From Flavobacteriales bacterium (GTDB lineage Bacteria; Bacteroidota; Bacteroidia; Flavobacteriales; UBA7312), in the NCBI GenBank assembly GCA_965661505.1, contig CBFIDX010000007.1:20-64019 (forward strand): a stretch of 64,000 nt of DNA. The letters run 5' to 3'. Made by a program: the position numbers and the translations under genes. This document shows positions 1 through 11,345 of this stretch, in pieces. The notes under the pieces are model-generated. The model searched no databases, was not told the origin of the DNA, and saw only the letters and a list, made by a program, of their open reading frames with translations. The stretch's first letter is position 1. Every line of letters starts with the position of its first letter.

Positions 1-68
1 ATAGCTGATATGTGAATCGATGTGCTTGGTCATTGATTTGGCTAAAGTATCAAAAATTGAAATGAGAA

Positions 69-773
69 CTAAAGTAAGTGGCTAATTTTTTTGATGTCTT
101 GATGGGTGTCTATTGAAATGCTTTCTTTTTCGGTAATAGCCACTCGTATGTTGTAATCATAATCGAGCCAACGCATTTGTTCCAAGCGTTTTATCTGTTC
201 GTTGTGTGTAGGAGCAAGGGCTGTAATCTGCTTTAGTATAGCGGTTTTGTATCCGTAAAGTCCTATGTGTTTGTAAAAACACGTATCTGTTTTATAGCTA
301 ACATCGCGTTCAAAAGTACTTGCATTCATTTGCTGATCAAAAAACACCTTGGGTGTATTGATGTCTGCAATGGTTTCCGCTTTTTCAATCTTTTTTGCCA
401 GCGTAGCAATTTGCACCTCTTCATCCTCTAGGCAATGCACAAGTTTTTGTATCTGTTGGGGGTGTACAAAAGGCTCATCTCCTTGAATGTTGATGACCGC
501 ATCAAACTGTTCTTTTTGCTGTTGAACAGCTTCCCAACATCGATCTGTCCCTGAAGGGTGTTGGCTGGAGGTCATGGTAGCTTTTCCGCCAAAACTGATA
601 ACCGTATCGTAAATGCGTTTATCATCAGTGGCAACAACTAGCTCGTTTAAGGGAGCCTTTTGGGCTTGCTCATAAACACGCTGTATCATTGTTTTAGAGC
701 CTAATTGGATTAAAGGCTTTCCAGGAAATCGACTTGACCCGTAGCGCGCAGGTATGATACCAATAACTTTCAT
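69..773 (-). CDS. kdsB: 3-deoxy-manno-octulosonate cytidylyltransferase
   Basis: IIPARYGSSRFPGKPL, SGTDR, INIQGDEP, KHIGLY, LEQMR motifs; start taken at MKVIGII (ATG 773-771 overlapping upstream stop). Confidence 0.92.
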   Translation of the reverse strand: MKVIGIIPARYGSSRFPGKPLIQLGSKTMIQRVYEQAQKAPLNELVVATDDKRIYDTVISFGGKATMTSSQHPSGTDRCWEAVQQQKEQFDAVINIQGDEPFVHPQQIQKLVHCLEDEEVQIATLAKKIEKAETIADINTPKVFFDQQMNASTFERDVSYKTDTCFYKHIGLYGYKTAILKQITALAPTHNEQIKRLEQMRWLDYDYNIRVAITEKESISIDTHQDIKKISHLL

Positions 774-3178
774 TATACTTTTATACTCCATTGAATAGAT
801 ACCATTCTTGGAGGCATCAGGTTTGCCGGTCTAGATTGATACTCTGTATTCAATAAGTTGTTGATGATCAGTGAAACCCTGGTTTCTTTATTCAGTTGTT
901 TGCTTAATCGATAGTCGATAACCAAATCTCCTGAACTCAAATCTTCTCTGGATTCGTTAATTCCGGGTGCCTGTAACTCAAAAAATGGCGTCGCAAAAAT
1001 AGCGTCAATATTTTCCATAAAACTGTTGTAACGAACCGATACACCTGATGTGAATTTAGAAGTAATGAGCTCCGCATCCAGTTTAACTTGATGCTGGTGT
1101 CTGTATTTTAGCAGTTGTATATGTTCTGCTGGATTTTGAATTCCGCTTGAGTCAATAGCGCCCTCTAGGCCAACGGTCATATCGTAATTGTTAGAGCTGC
1201 TGTTGTAGTAATTTTCATAAGGAGCTTTGGCATATTCATCGAAAGGATTTATAACGATAGGCTGATTGTATAAATAGCCTGCCAAGAGATTTAATGTTGC
1301 GTTCGAGTTTATTTTTCCTTGAGCAGTAATGCTTAACTCAATACCTTTCACTTCAGTTGTTCCGATATTAACCGACTTAAAGCCTAGGCCTGTGCCCAAA
1401 AACCCCGTTCCTGAATCTCCCCAAGGTCCAAAGCTAAATTCCATCATATCGTGATACATCATCTTAAATGCTGCTACATCAATAAAACCTTTAAACGTAT
1501 TTAGCTGAAAACCTTGCCGAATAGCAACTTCTGAACTCCAGCCGTATTCAGGGACAAGACTAGGGTTAGGAAAAACATAAACATCACCTATGTTAGTGGA
1601 AATAAATAATTCGGCAATACTTGGAAAACGATACCCTTGCCCCCATGAGCTTCTTAGGAAGGTTGCCTTACCAATTCGATAGTTAGCCCCCAGTCGAAAG
1701 ACAGGCTTGCTAACACTTATTTTATTGAGTGTGTCGTTTTCAATAACAAGATTCATGTCCGATTCGAGTTGAAATATTTCGTATCTGGCACCAACAGACA
1801 GATTGAGACGATCCCCAAAAAATTTCTTATCCATTTGAGAGAAAACAGCTGTGTTTAACTTATTGTTTTTTCCATTAAAGAGATCAGATTTAGCTTGCAC
1901 TAATTCATTCATTACACCATTGGTCCAATTTAAGCCAAACTTCTCTAAGGTTTTTTGGTACTGGTATTCTGTGTAATAGGTCTGAGATTGATTGTCTTGT
2001 CCAGAATCTTCATCATTGGTGCTATTGTCGTTGATAACCTTCATGTATCTTGTTCTGAGATAGTGCTTATCGTTTCGACCGTTTACATAAGTGATAAAGG
2101 GGTCAATATGAAAAACATTTCCTGCTGTAAGGGTTGCACTGCTATCCAAAGGGATATAGCCTTGGTCGTAACTCTCCCAGATTAGCGCTGAGCCTACAGT
2201 ATTGAATAAAAAGTTTCCATTTATTCCATAAGAAAGCCCTTCTATTTTTTGGTCTTTATAGCGAGTATTGAAATTAACTCTTTTTCGATCAATTATTTCA
2301 TCATAACGGTAGCCTTCATCTTCAAGCGCAAACCCACCAACAACTAGGTCTAAATTTTTGATTTTTCTTTTGTGTAAAAAATCAACGCCATAAATGCGCT
2401 GGTTTCTTTTTCCCCACCAGTTCAAACTTTCCTTTTTAGCATCGTCATAAAAACCATGATGAAAATTTACTTTCGTTTCGGGCTCGTTGCCAGGATATGC
2501 GGTTCTAATGTTTATTACACCATTTAAGGCAGAAGAACCATAAAGAGAAGAAGATGCTCCTTTGATTACTTCAACTTGATGGATGTTTTCGGTAGCAATT
2601 AAACCCCATTGTGCTTGTCCAGCATCGCCAGAGATAAGGGGCATGTCGTCCACTAAAACTTGTACCCTTGTACCCGCACCGTAACTCCAGCCACTACCAC
2701 CTCTTATGTTTGCTTGTCCGTCAGTGACGGTTACTCCCGGAACTTGCTCTATAGCAGTTTGTATATTTGTTGTGTTTTTGCTTTCAATTAAGCTTGGCTT
2801 AATAACTTCTACAGAAACAGTTGTTTCCTCAATTTTTTGCTCGAATTTACCTGCCGACACCACTACTGTCTCGATCTTTAATGCAGCATTTTCTAATGCT
2901 ATATTAAGTGCTACATTTTCTCCTTGTTGAACAGTTACTTGGCGTTTCAATTCTTCATATCCTAAAAATTTAAAGGTCAGGGTATAAGTGCCCGGATTTT
3001 TTTGAATTTTATAGTTCCCGTTAATATCGCTTGATGTACCAGTAAAATCTCCAAATATAATATTGACTCCTATCAGAGGCTCTGCCGTATTTGCATCGGT
3101 TACTTTACCTTGTATTGTTTGTGCAACGGAAAATGTAAAATGAAAGATGAAAACAAGCAAAGAATAAAAATATCTCAT
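773..3178 (-). CDS. TonB-dependent receptor (carboxypeptidase-like N-domain, plug, beta-barrel)
   Basis: Signal peptide, IQGKVTDANTAEPLIGVNI, VEVIKGASSSLYGSSALNGVINI plug motif, INNLLN near C-terminus. Confidence 0.9.
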   Translation of the reverse strand: MRYFYSLLVFIFHFTFSVAQTIQGKVTDANTAEPLIGVNIIFGDFTGTSSDINGNYKIQKNPGTYTLTFKFLGYEELKRQVTVQQGENVALNIALENAALKIETVVVSAGKFEQKIEETTVSVEVIKPSLIESKNTTNIQTAIEQVPGVTVTDGQANIRGGSGWSYGAGTRVQVLVDDMPLISGDAGQAQWGLIATENIHQVEVIKGASSSLYGSSALNGVINIRTAYPGNEPETKVNFHHGFYDDAKKESLNWWGKRNQRIYGVDFLHKRKIKNLDLVVGGFALEDEGYRYDEIIDRKRVNFNTRYKDQKIEGLSYGINGNFLFNTVGSALIWESYDQGYIPLDSSATLTAGNVFHIDPFITYVNGRNDKHYLRTRYMKVINDNSTNDEDSGQDNQSQTYYTEYQYQKTLEKFGLNWTNGVMNELVQAKSDLFNGKNNKLNTAVFSQMDKKFFGDRLNLSVGARYEIFQLESDMNLVIENDTLNKISVSKPVFRLGANYRIGKATFLRSSWGQGYRFPSIAELFISTNIGDVYVFPNPSLVPEYGWSSEVAIRQGFQLNTFKGFIDVAAFKMMYHDMMEFSFGPWGDSGTGFLGTGLGFKSVNIGTTEVKGIELSITAQGKINSNATLNLLAGYLYNQPIVINPFDEYAKAPYENYYNSSSNNYDMTVGLEGAIDSSGIQNPAEHIQLLKYRHQHQVKLDAELITSKFTSGVSVRYNSFMENIDAIFATPFFELQAPGINESREDLSSGDLVIDYRLSKQLNKETRVSLIINNLLNTEYQSRPANLMPPRMVSIQWSIKV

Positions 3179-3210
3179 ATATTTAACGTATTATTTTAAA
3201 TCGATTGCCC

Positions 3211-4296
3211 ATGAAAAACGAAATCCTTTATATGATTGGTCTGAACCTTATTCCACGGATTGGGCCAAAGTTAGCCAAAAAGTTGATAGCTCATTGTGGT
3301 GGTGCCAAAGGGGTTTTTGAAGTATCTGCCAGTATTTTGCAGAAAATCCCACAAATTGGAACTGTTTTAGCAAAAGAGATTTCCACACAAAATGTATTAA
3401 AAAGAGCGGATTTAGAACTCGCTTACTGCAAGGAAAATGGGATAAGGGTATTGACCTTTAAATGCCCTGCTTACCCTCAACGGTTGTTGCATTGCGAAGA
3501 CGCTCCTACCGTTTTGTATGTGAAAGGAAATACGAACTTAAACAGCCCTAAAATAATTAGTGTTGTAGGAAGTCGAAAAGCCACTTCTTATGGTAAAAAA
3601 TGGACTCAGCTTATTATTGAACAGTTGAGAAGTCATCAGTGCGTTATTGTCAGCGGTCTGGCTTATGGTGTGGATACCTTTGCACATAAGGCTGCCTTAG
3701 CAAATGATCTTGCTACAGTTGGTGTTTTGGGTCATGGTTTGGATCGCATTTATCCTGCATCAAATAGAAATTTAAGCCAAAACATGATCCAAAAAGGGGC
3801 GCTCATCACAGAGTTTTTAACGGAAACAAACCCAGATAGGGAGAACTTCGTAAAAAGAAATCGAATAATTGCCGCTTTAAGCGATGCTACAATTGTAGTA
3901 GAATCAGCAAAAAAAGGAGGTGCACTTATCACCGCACAGCTTTCCAATTCTTATAACAGGGATGTGTTTGCCGTTCCTGGCCCTTTAGACTCTGAGCTTT
4001 CTGAAGGATGTAATCACTTGATTAAAACACATCAAGCGGCTTTGCTTACTAGTGTGGCAGATATTGAATACCTCCTTTCCTGGAATCAAAAAACAAAAAA
4101 TAATCCCATACTATTTACCTATACCCCACAAGAGGAGCAGTTGGTAAGCCTACTTTCTAAAACGGAGCTTTTACACATTGATAAAATAGTTATGAAATCT
4201 ACTCTCTCCTCTTCCAAAGTTTCAAAAATTCTTTTGAGTTTAGAAATGCGAGGAGCCATACAGTCTTTGCCCGGTAAACGATACAAGCTGAGTTAA
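3211..4296 (+). CDS. dprA: DNA-processing protein DprA
   Basis: VVGSRKAT, IVSGLAYGVD, RNRIIAALS, GGALITA, FAVPG, C-terminal winged helix ending SLPGKRY. Confidence 0.93.
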   Translation: MKNEILYMIGLNLIPRIGPKLAKKLIAHCGGAKGVFEVSASILQKIPQIGTVLAKEISTQNVLKRADLELAYCKENGIRVLTFKCPAYPQRLLHCEDAPTVLYVKGNTNLNSPKIISVVGSRKATSYGKKWTQLIIEQLRSHQCVIVSGLAYGVDTFAHKAALANDLATVGVLGHGLDRIYPASNRNLSQNMIQKGALITEFLTETNPDRENFVKRNRIIAALSDATIVVESAKKGGALITAQLSNSYNRDVFAVPGPLDSELSEGCNHLIKTHQAALLTSVADIEYLLSWNQKTKNNPILFTYTPQEEQLVSLLSKTELLHIDKIVMKSTLSSSKVSKILLSLEMRGAIQSLPGKRYKLS

Positions 4297-4390
4297 ATAC
4301 AACTTAAAAAAGAAGAAAGTGTCAAAAAAACACTAAGCTTGCTCTCAGTAAATTAAGCTTAAAATCATGTTTGTAGAATTGAAAAAAACA

Positions 4391-4398
4391 TACATTTG
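4391..4398 (+). promoter_or_regulatory. Bacteroidota -7 promoter element (TACATTTG) for gdhA
   Basis: Exact TAnnTTTG match 23 nt before the ATG. Confidence 0.65.
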
Positions 4399-4415
4399 CT
4401 GCGATATTCATTTAA

Positions 4416-5771
<1,356 letters not shown>

Positions 5772-5793
5772 AAGCATGATGTAAGGATTACAT

Positions 5794-5816
5794 AAGGGAG
5801 GGTGACCTCCCTTTTT
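5794..5816 (+). terminator. Intrinsic terminator after gdhA
   Basis: AAGGGAGG-GTGA-CCTCCCTT hairpin followed by T-run. Confidence 0.8.
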
Positions 5817-5851
5817 ATTTATTTAAATTTGCATTTCAAAAAATAAGCGAT

Positions 5852-7042
5852 ATGTACGGAAAGTTTCAAAAACAACTTCAAGAAGAGTTACAATCCATCC
5901 AAGACGCAGGTTTGTACAAAAAAGAGCGAATCATCATCAATCCTCAGGCAGCTGATATCCGTGTGAGTACGGGAGAAGATGTCTTGAACTTTTGTGCTAA
6001 TAATTACCTGGGGCTTTCTTCACACCCCGAAGTAGTTAGTGCTTCAAAACAAGCGCTCGATTCGCACGGCTTTGGAATGTCATCTGTCCGTTTCATTTGT
6101 GGTACTCAAGATATTCACAAAGAGTTAGAACAAAAATTATCTGATTTTTTAGGAATGGAAGATACTATACTCTACGCAGCGGCATTTGATGCTAATGGAG
6201 GTGTTTTTGAGCCTTTATTTACCAAAGAGGATGCCATCATATCAGACTCTCTCAATCATGCATCTATCATTGATGGTGTTCGTTTGTGCAAGGCTGTTCG
6301 TTATCGTTATCAAAATAACGATATGGCTGATTTGGAAGAAAAGTTAATAGCGGCACAAGCTCAGCGCAACCGGATTATTGTAACCGATGGCGTATTTTCT
6401 ATGGACGGCTACATAGCGCAACTAGATAAAATCTGCGATTTAGCTGAAAAATACGATGCACTTGTAATGGTGGATGATTGTCATGCTACGGGTTTTGTTG
6501 GCAAAACAGGAAGAGGAACACACGAGCATTGTGGTGTAATGGGTAGGGTCGATATCATAACGGGCACACTCGGCAAAGCATTGGGTGGAGCCATGGGCGG
6601 TTTTACGTCAGGAAAAAAGGAAGTAATTGAAATGTTGCGTCAGCGTTCTAGGCCTTATCTATTTTCCAATTCATTAGCACCCTCTCTAGTTGGTGCAGCC
6701 ATTAAAGTTATCGATCTTTTAAGCGCCTCGACAGAATTACGTGATAAGCTGGAAAGAAATACCGACTATTTTCGTGCAAAAATGAACGAGGTAGGATTTG
6801 ACATTAAGCCAGGAACCCATGCTATTGTCCCCGTAATGTTGTACGATGCCAAATTATCACAAGTGATGGCCGATAAGTTGTTAGAAGAAGGAATTTATGT
6901 AATCGGCTTCTTTTATCCTGTGGTTCCGAAAGAACAAGCAAGAATACGTGTGCAAATTTCAGCTGCACACGAGCCAAAACACTTGGACAAAGCCATTGCT
7001 GCATTTACAAAGGTTGGTAGAGCCTTAAACGTTATCAACTAA
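5852..7042 (+). CDS. kbl: Glycine C-acetyltransferase (2-amino-3-ketobutyrate CoA ligase)
   Basis: [37 protein letters not shown] (PLP Lys), [10 protein letters not shown]; TAAATTTG promoter at 5824-5831. Confidence 0.95.
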   Translation: MYGKFQKQLQEELQSIQDAGLYKKERIIINPQAADIRVSTGEDVLNFCANNYLGLSSHPEVVSASKQALDSHGFGMSSVRFICGTQDIHKELEQKLSDFLGMEDTILYAAAFDANGGVFEPLFTKEDAIISDSLNHASIIDGVRLCKAVRYRYQNNDMADLEEKLIAAQAQRNRIIVTDGVFSMDGYIAQLDKICDLAEKYDALVMVDDCHATGFVGKTGRGTHEHCGVMGRVDIITGTLGKALGGAMGGFTSGKKEVIEMLRQRSRPYLFSNSLAPSLVGAAIKVIDLLSASTELRDKLERNTDYFRAKMNEVGFDIKPGTHAIVPVMLYDAKLSQVMADKLLEEGIYVIGFFYPVVPKEQARIRVQISAAHEPKHLDKAIAAFTKVGRALNVIN

Positions 7043-7080
7043 ATAGGGTTAATAATTTTTGTCAAATTAAAAATTATTTC

Positions 7081-7088
7081 TACTTTTG
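7081..7088 (+). promoter_or_regulatory. -7 promoter element (TACTTTTG) for rplM-rpsI-rpsB-tsf
   Basis: Exact TAnnTTTG upstream of rplM. Confidence 0.7.
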
Positions 7089-7142
7089 CCAGCCCTTTCG
7101 GACAGGTGGTTCGTATTGGGCACAAAATTAAAAGATTACAAA

Positions 7143-7592
7143 GTGGACACATTGAGCTACAAAACAATTTCGGCAAACAAAGAAACTGCAAATAAGCAGT
7201 GGGTTTTGATTGATGCTGAAGGGATGGTTTTGGGACGTCTAGCTTCAGAAGTTGCTAAGATGTTAAGAGGAAAGCACAAAACTAATTTTACACCACATGC
7301 CGATTGTGGAGACAACGTAGTGGTTATTAATGCCGGTAAAATCATTTTGACAGGTCAAAAATGGACAGACAGAGAGCACTTTAAACACACGGGTTACCCT
7401 GGTGGACAAAAGCGCATCTCTCCACAAGAACTTTTTGATAAAGATCAAACATCTTTGGTCAATCAGGCTGTAAAAGGAATGTTACCAAAAAATAAATTAG
7501 GTCGGGCTATTTTCAAAAACCTGCATGTTTATGCCGGTGTTGATCACAAGCACGAAGCACAAAAACCAAAAGCAGTTAAAATCAACTCATAA
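7143..7592 (+). CDS. rplM: 50S ribosomal protein L13
   Basis: GTG start (VDTLSYKT), LGRLAS, RGKHK, DCGDNVVVINA, HTGYPGG, KGMLPKN. Confidence 0.97.
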   Translation: MDTLSYKTISANKETANKQWVLIDAEGMVLGRLASEVAKMLRGKHKTNFTPHADCGDNVVVINAGKIILTGQKWTDREHFKHTGYPGGQKRISPQELFDKDQTSLVNQAVKGMLPKNKLGRAIFKNLHVYAGVDHKHEAQKPKAVKINS

Positions 7593-7594
7593 GG

Positions 7595-7981
7595 ATGGAT
7601 ACAATACACACCATTGGTAGAAGAAAAACAGCTGTTGCTCGAATATACATGAGCAAAGGCAAAGGATCTATTACTATCAACAACCGCGAGGCAAATAAAT
7701 ACTTTACAACAGGTACATTGTTGTACAAACTCAACCAACCTTTTAGTCTAACCGACGTGGAAGGAAAGTATGATGTAAAAATTAACGTCAACGGTGGTGG
7801 TATAACAGGTCAGGTTGAAGCTATACGAATGGCTATAGCTCGTGCACTTTGCCAAATAAGTGAAGAAAACCGACCTCTTTTGAAAGCAGAAGGACTGATG
7901 ACGCGTGACCCAAGAATGGTAGAACGTAAAAAGCCAGGTCAGAAGAAAGCACGTAAAAAGTTCCAGTTCAGTAAACGTTAA
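7595..7981 (+). CDS. rpsI: 30S ribosomal protein S9
   Basis: GRRKTAVAR, GGGITGQ, TRDPRMVERKKPG, QFSKR. Confidence 0.98.
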   Translation: MDTIHTIGRRKTAVARIYMSKGKGSITINNREANKYFTTGTLLYKLNQPFSLTDVEGKYDVKINVNGGGITGQVEAIRMAIARALCQISEENRPLLKAEGLMTRDPRMVERKKPGQKKARKKFQFSKR

Positions 7982-7992
7982 TATCTTAGGAT

Positions 7993-8070
7993 ATTGTTTA
8001 GTATCAAAATTACGGAGACTGTGTTTTAAGCGCACTACTCAGTAATTGTTTTAAATAGAATGTAAACAAT
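7993..8070 (+). promoter_or_regulatory. Candidate structured RNA leader upstream of rpsB
   Basis: Nested pairing ATTGTTTA(7993-8000)/TAAACAAT(8063-8070), AATTAC(8008-8013)/GTAATT(8042-8047), inner hairpin 8020-8034. Confidence 0.5.
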
Positions 8071-8077
8071 TTATAAA

Positions 8078-8851
8078 ATGTCAAAGACAAATTTCAAAGA
8101 TCTTCTAGATTCAGGTGTGCACTTCGGTCACCTTACAAGAAAGTGGAATCCAAAAATGGCTCCCTATATTTTTATGGAGAAAAACGGAATCCACGTAATC
8201 GATTTAAACAAAACAGTTGCAAAATTAGACGACGCTTCTGCGGCCTTAAAGCACATTGCTAAGTCGGGTAGAAAAGTAATGTTTGTAGCTACCAAAAAAC
8301 AAGCAAAGGAATCCGTTTCGCTGCATGCATCCAAGGTTAATATGCCTTACATTACAGAGCGTTGGTCTGGTGGTTTATTAACCAATTTTGCAACCATCCG
8401 TAAGGCCATCAAAAAGATGAATTCTATCGATAAGATGACAGAAGATGGGACCATTGATACTCTTTCTAAAAGAGAGCGTCTACAAGTTTCTCGTACACGA
8501 GCTAAGTTAGAAAAGAACTTGGGTAGCATAGCTTCAATGAACCGACTTCCAGCTGCCTTATTTATTGTTGATATTCATCGCGAAAACATTGCAGTTGCTG
8601 AAGCAAAAAAACTCGGCATACCCACCTTCGCTATCGTAGATACAAATTCGGATCCATCCAAAGTAGATTTTCCAATCCCTGCCAATGACGACGCCAGCCG
8701 TTCAATTGAAAAAATTATTGGGCTAGTATGTGAATCTATTCAAGAAGGACTTTCTGAAAGAGGAGCCGAAAAGGAAGCTGCTGAGTCCGCAAAGAAAGAG
8801 GAGAAAAAAGAAGCTGCTGAGGCTGTTGTAGCTCCTTCAAAAGAAAAATAA
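8078..8851 (+). CDS. rpsB: 30S ribosomal protein S2
   Basis: GVHFGHLTRKWNPKM, VATKKQA, RWSGGLLTN, DTNSDP, IPANDD. Confidence 0.98.
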   Translation: MSKTNFKDLLDSGVHFGHLTRKWNPKMAPYIFMEKNGIHVIDLNKTVAKLDDASAALKHIAKSGRKVMFVATKKQAKESVSLHASKVNMPYITERWSGGLLTNFATIRKAIKKMNSIDKMTEDGTIDTLSKRERLQVSRTRAKLEKNLGSIASMNRLPAALFIVDIHRENIAVAEAKKLGIPTFAIVDTNSDPSKVDFPIPANDDASRSIEKIIGLVCESIQEGLSERGAEKEAAESAKKEEKKEAAEAVVAPSKEK

Positions 8852-8877
8852 TCATTAACAGATAAAACAATACAGAA

Positions 8878-9843
8878 ATGGCAAATGTAACTGCTGCTGA
8901 TGTAAACAAGCTAAGAAAACAAACCGGCGCCGGAATGATGGATTGCAAAAAGGCTTTGGTTGAAGCAGAAGGAAACTTCGATGAAGCAATCTCAATTCTC
9001 AGAAAAAAAGGGCAAAAAATTGCTGCTAAACGTGCCGATAGAGATGCTGCCGAGGGGATAGCCATCGCTAGAATCAATACGAACAATACTGTTGGTGTGG
9101 CCATTGTGTTAGCATGTGAAACAGATTTCGTTGCTAAGAACGACTCTTTCAAAACTTTAGCTGCACAATTTGCTGATATCGCTATCAATTACTCTGACAA
9201 AGATTCATTTATGGCAGCGGATTTTGGCGGCCTTACTGTTGCTGAAAAACTAATAGAGCAAACAGGTGTTATTGGAGAAAAATTAGATATCTCTTCTTTT
9301 GAAAGAATAGAGGCTTCTTTTGTTGGCTCTTACATTCATGGAGGCAAAATTGCCACCATTGTGGGCTTAAGCAACGCTGTAAACAATGCTGATGTGTTGA
9401 CTAAAGATTTAGCCATGCAGGTTGCTTCAATGGGAGCAACGACTCTATCGTATAAAGATTTTGATCCTTCATTTGTTGCTTCTGAGACAGAGGCCCGAAT
9501 TGCTGTTATTGAAAAAGAAAACATAGAGTTAGGTAGATTGGGAAAAACCTTGAAAAACGTACCCCAATACATCTCGATGGCACAGCTAACGGATGACGTT
9601 TTGGCTCAAGCAAAAGAAACTGCAAAGGCAGAACTAAAAGCTGAGGGAAAGCCTGAGCAAATTTGGGATAGAATTCTTCCAGGAAAAATGGAACGCTTTA
9701 TTTCTGACAATACAACTCTTGATCAAGAGCAATGTTTGTTGGACCAAAATTTTATTAAAGACGATAAAAAATCCGTAGCCGAGTATGTTAGCTCTTACGG
9801 AGAAGTAGAAGTGAGTGGATTTAAACGTGTAGCATTAGGCTAA
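8878..9843 (+). CDS. tsf: Elongation factor Ts (long form)
   Basis: [36 protein letters not shown]. Confidence 0.97.
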   Translation: MANVTAADVNKLRKQTGAGMMDCKKALVEAEGNFDEAISILRKKGQKIAAKRADRDAAEGIAIARINTNNTVGVAIVLACETDFVAKNDSFKTLAAQFADIAINYSDKDSFMAADFGGLTVAEKLIEQTGVIGEKLDISSFERIEASFVGSYIHGGKIATIVGLSNAVNNADVLTKDLAMQVASMGATTLSYKDFDPSFVASETEARIAVIEKENIELGRLGKTLKNVPQYISMAQLTDDVLAQAKETAKAELKAEGKPEQIWDRILPGKMERFISDNTTLDQEQCLLDQNFIKDDKKSVAEYVSSYGEVEVSGFKRVALG

Positions 9844-9869
9844 ATTTTTTTCGAATTTAAATATTTTAT

Positions 9870-9896
9870 ACCACCTTTTAAAGGTGGTTTTTTTTT
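9870..9896 (+). terminator. Intrinsic terminator after tsf
   Basis: ACCACCTT...AAGGTGGT hairpin followed by a T-run. Confidence 0.8.
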
Positions 9897-9970
9897 GCCC
9901 AAAAAAAGCTAAAAATTCAAAAGGAGTGGGTGCTGCTATTTTTCTATCTTTGAAACGATTTATTATATCT

Positions 9971-10678
9971 ATGAAATACAATAGAATACTTTTAAAGTTA
10001 AGTGGTGAAGCCCTTATGGGTGACAAGCAATTCGGTATAGATACCGAAAAGCTAACAGCCTACGCAGAAGAAATTAAATCAGCAGTTAATGCTGGAGCAG
10101 AAGTTGCCGTAGTAATAGGTGGCGGAAATATTTTTAGAGGCGTGCAAGTGGAGGGAGAAGGATTGGACAGAGTGCAAGGAGATTACATGGGGATGTTAGC
10201 CACTATTATTAATGGAATGGCCTTACAGTCAGCATTAGAAAAAGCAGCAGTTGAAACCCGTCTGTTAACAGCAATTAAAATGGAACAGGTAGCCGAGCCT
10301 TACATACGAAGAAGGGCTATGCGTCATATGCAGAAAGGAAGAGTAGTTATTTTTGGTGGCGGAACAGGGAACCCTTACTTTACTACTGACACCGCAGCTA
10401 CCCTAAGAGCCATTGAGATGGAGACCGATGCTATCTTTAAGGGAACAAGAGTCGACGGTATTTATACTGCCGATCCAGAAAAAGATGTGACAGCAACTAA
10501 ATTTGACACCATCACATTTGAAGAAGTTTTTCAGAAAAAACTTAAAGTTATGGATATGACAGCTTTCACACTTTGTGAGGAAAATAAGTTGCCAATAGTT
10601 GTTTTCGATATCAATCAAAAAGGCAACCTACTGAAAGCTTTAGAAGGTCATCAAATAGGTACACTTGTCAATTTTTAA
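9971..10678 (+). CDS. pyrH: UMP kinase
   Basis: [30 protein letters not shown]; ATG 9971 follows TATCTTTG promoter at 9945-9952. Confidence 0.96.
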   Translation: MKYNRILLKLSGEALMGDKQFGIDTEKLTAYAEEIKSAVNAGAEVAVVIGGGNIFRGVQVEGEGLDRVQGDYMGMLATIINGMALQSALEKAAVETRLLTAIKMEQVAEPYIRRRAMRHMQKGRVVIFGGGTGNPYFTTDTAATLRAIEMETDAIFKGTRVDGIYTADPEKDVTATKFDTITFEEVFQKKLKVMDMTAFTLCEENKLPIVVFDINQKGNLLKALEGHQIGTLVNF

Positions 10679-10696
10679 AATAAAAAACAAAAAATA

Positions 10697-11251
10697 ATGG
10701 AAGAAATAGAGTTTATTTTAGACACTTCAAAAGAGTCAATGCAAAAGTCAATTGGGCATCTTGAAGTAGCCTTTTCTAAAATTCGTGCTGGAAAGGCCTC
10801 TCCTCAAATGTTGGATAGTGTAAGCATTGATTATTATGGATCTTTAACACCATTAAATCAAGCTTCGAATATAAACACTCCCGATGCTAAAACAATCTCG
10901 GTTCAGCCATGGGATAAATCCTTGTTAGAAGTAATGGAAAAAGCCATTATAGATGCTAATCTTGGTTTTACACCAATGAATAACGGAGAAATGATCATGA
11001 TCAATATTCCTCCCGTTACTGAGGAAAGAAGAAGAGAACTAGTGAAGCTAGCTAAATCTGAGTCTGAAAACGCAAAAGTTAGTATCAGAAACTCCCGTAA
11101 AGAGGCCAACGATGAGCTAAAGAAATTAGAAGGGATTTCAGAAGACGTTCTGAAAGATGCTGAGCAAAGTGTTCAAGACATTACGAATGATTTTTCTGCA
11201 AAGATTGATTCTTTTTTCACAAAAAAAGAATCAGAAATAATGACTGTTTAA
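10697..11251 (+). CDS. frr: Ribosome recycling factor
   Basis: IRAGKASP, DYYG, IPPVTEERRRELVK, IRNSR, KESEIMTV. Confidence 0.96.
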   Translation: MEEIEFILDTSKESMQKSIGHLEVAFSKIRAGKASPQMLDSVSIDYYGSLTPLNQASNINTPDAKTISVQPWDKSLLEVMEKAIIDANLGFTPMNNGEMIMINIPPVTEERRRELVKLAKSESENAKVSIRNSRKEANDELKKLEGISEDVLKDAEQSVQDITNDFSAKIDSFFTKKESEIMTV

Positions 11252-11266
11252 TAATCTTTATCGATG

Positions 11267-11296
11267 AAAAAGCTCGACCATCGGTCGAGCTTTTTT
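11267..11296 (+). terminator. Intrinsic terminator after frr
   Basis: AAAAAGCTCGACC-ATC-GGTCGAGCTTTTT perfect hairpin plus T-run. Confidence 0.85.
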
Positions 11297-11345
11297 GTTT
11301 TCTAAGCTATAATAATCTGTATTTTTACCAGCAAATAAAAAACAT

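Noticed and set aside
1-33. Possible start of a minus-strand gene (MTKHIDSHISY...) running off the window
   Set aside because: Only 11 codons are visible, so it cannot be supported or identified.
7086-7142. N-terminal extensions from the ORF track (rplM; likewise pyrH, bamA, porG, phoB, ppk2, acs and both later TonB receptors)
   Set aside because: The extensions overlap promoters, terminators or upstream genes; downstream starts match family N-termini.
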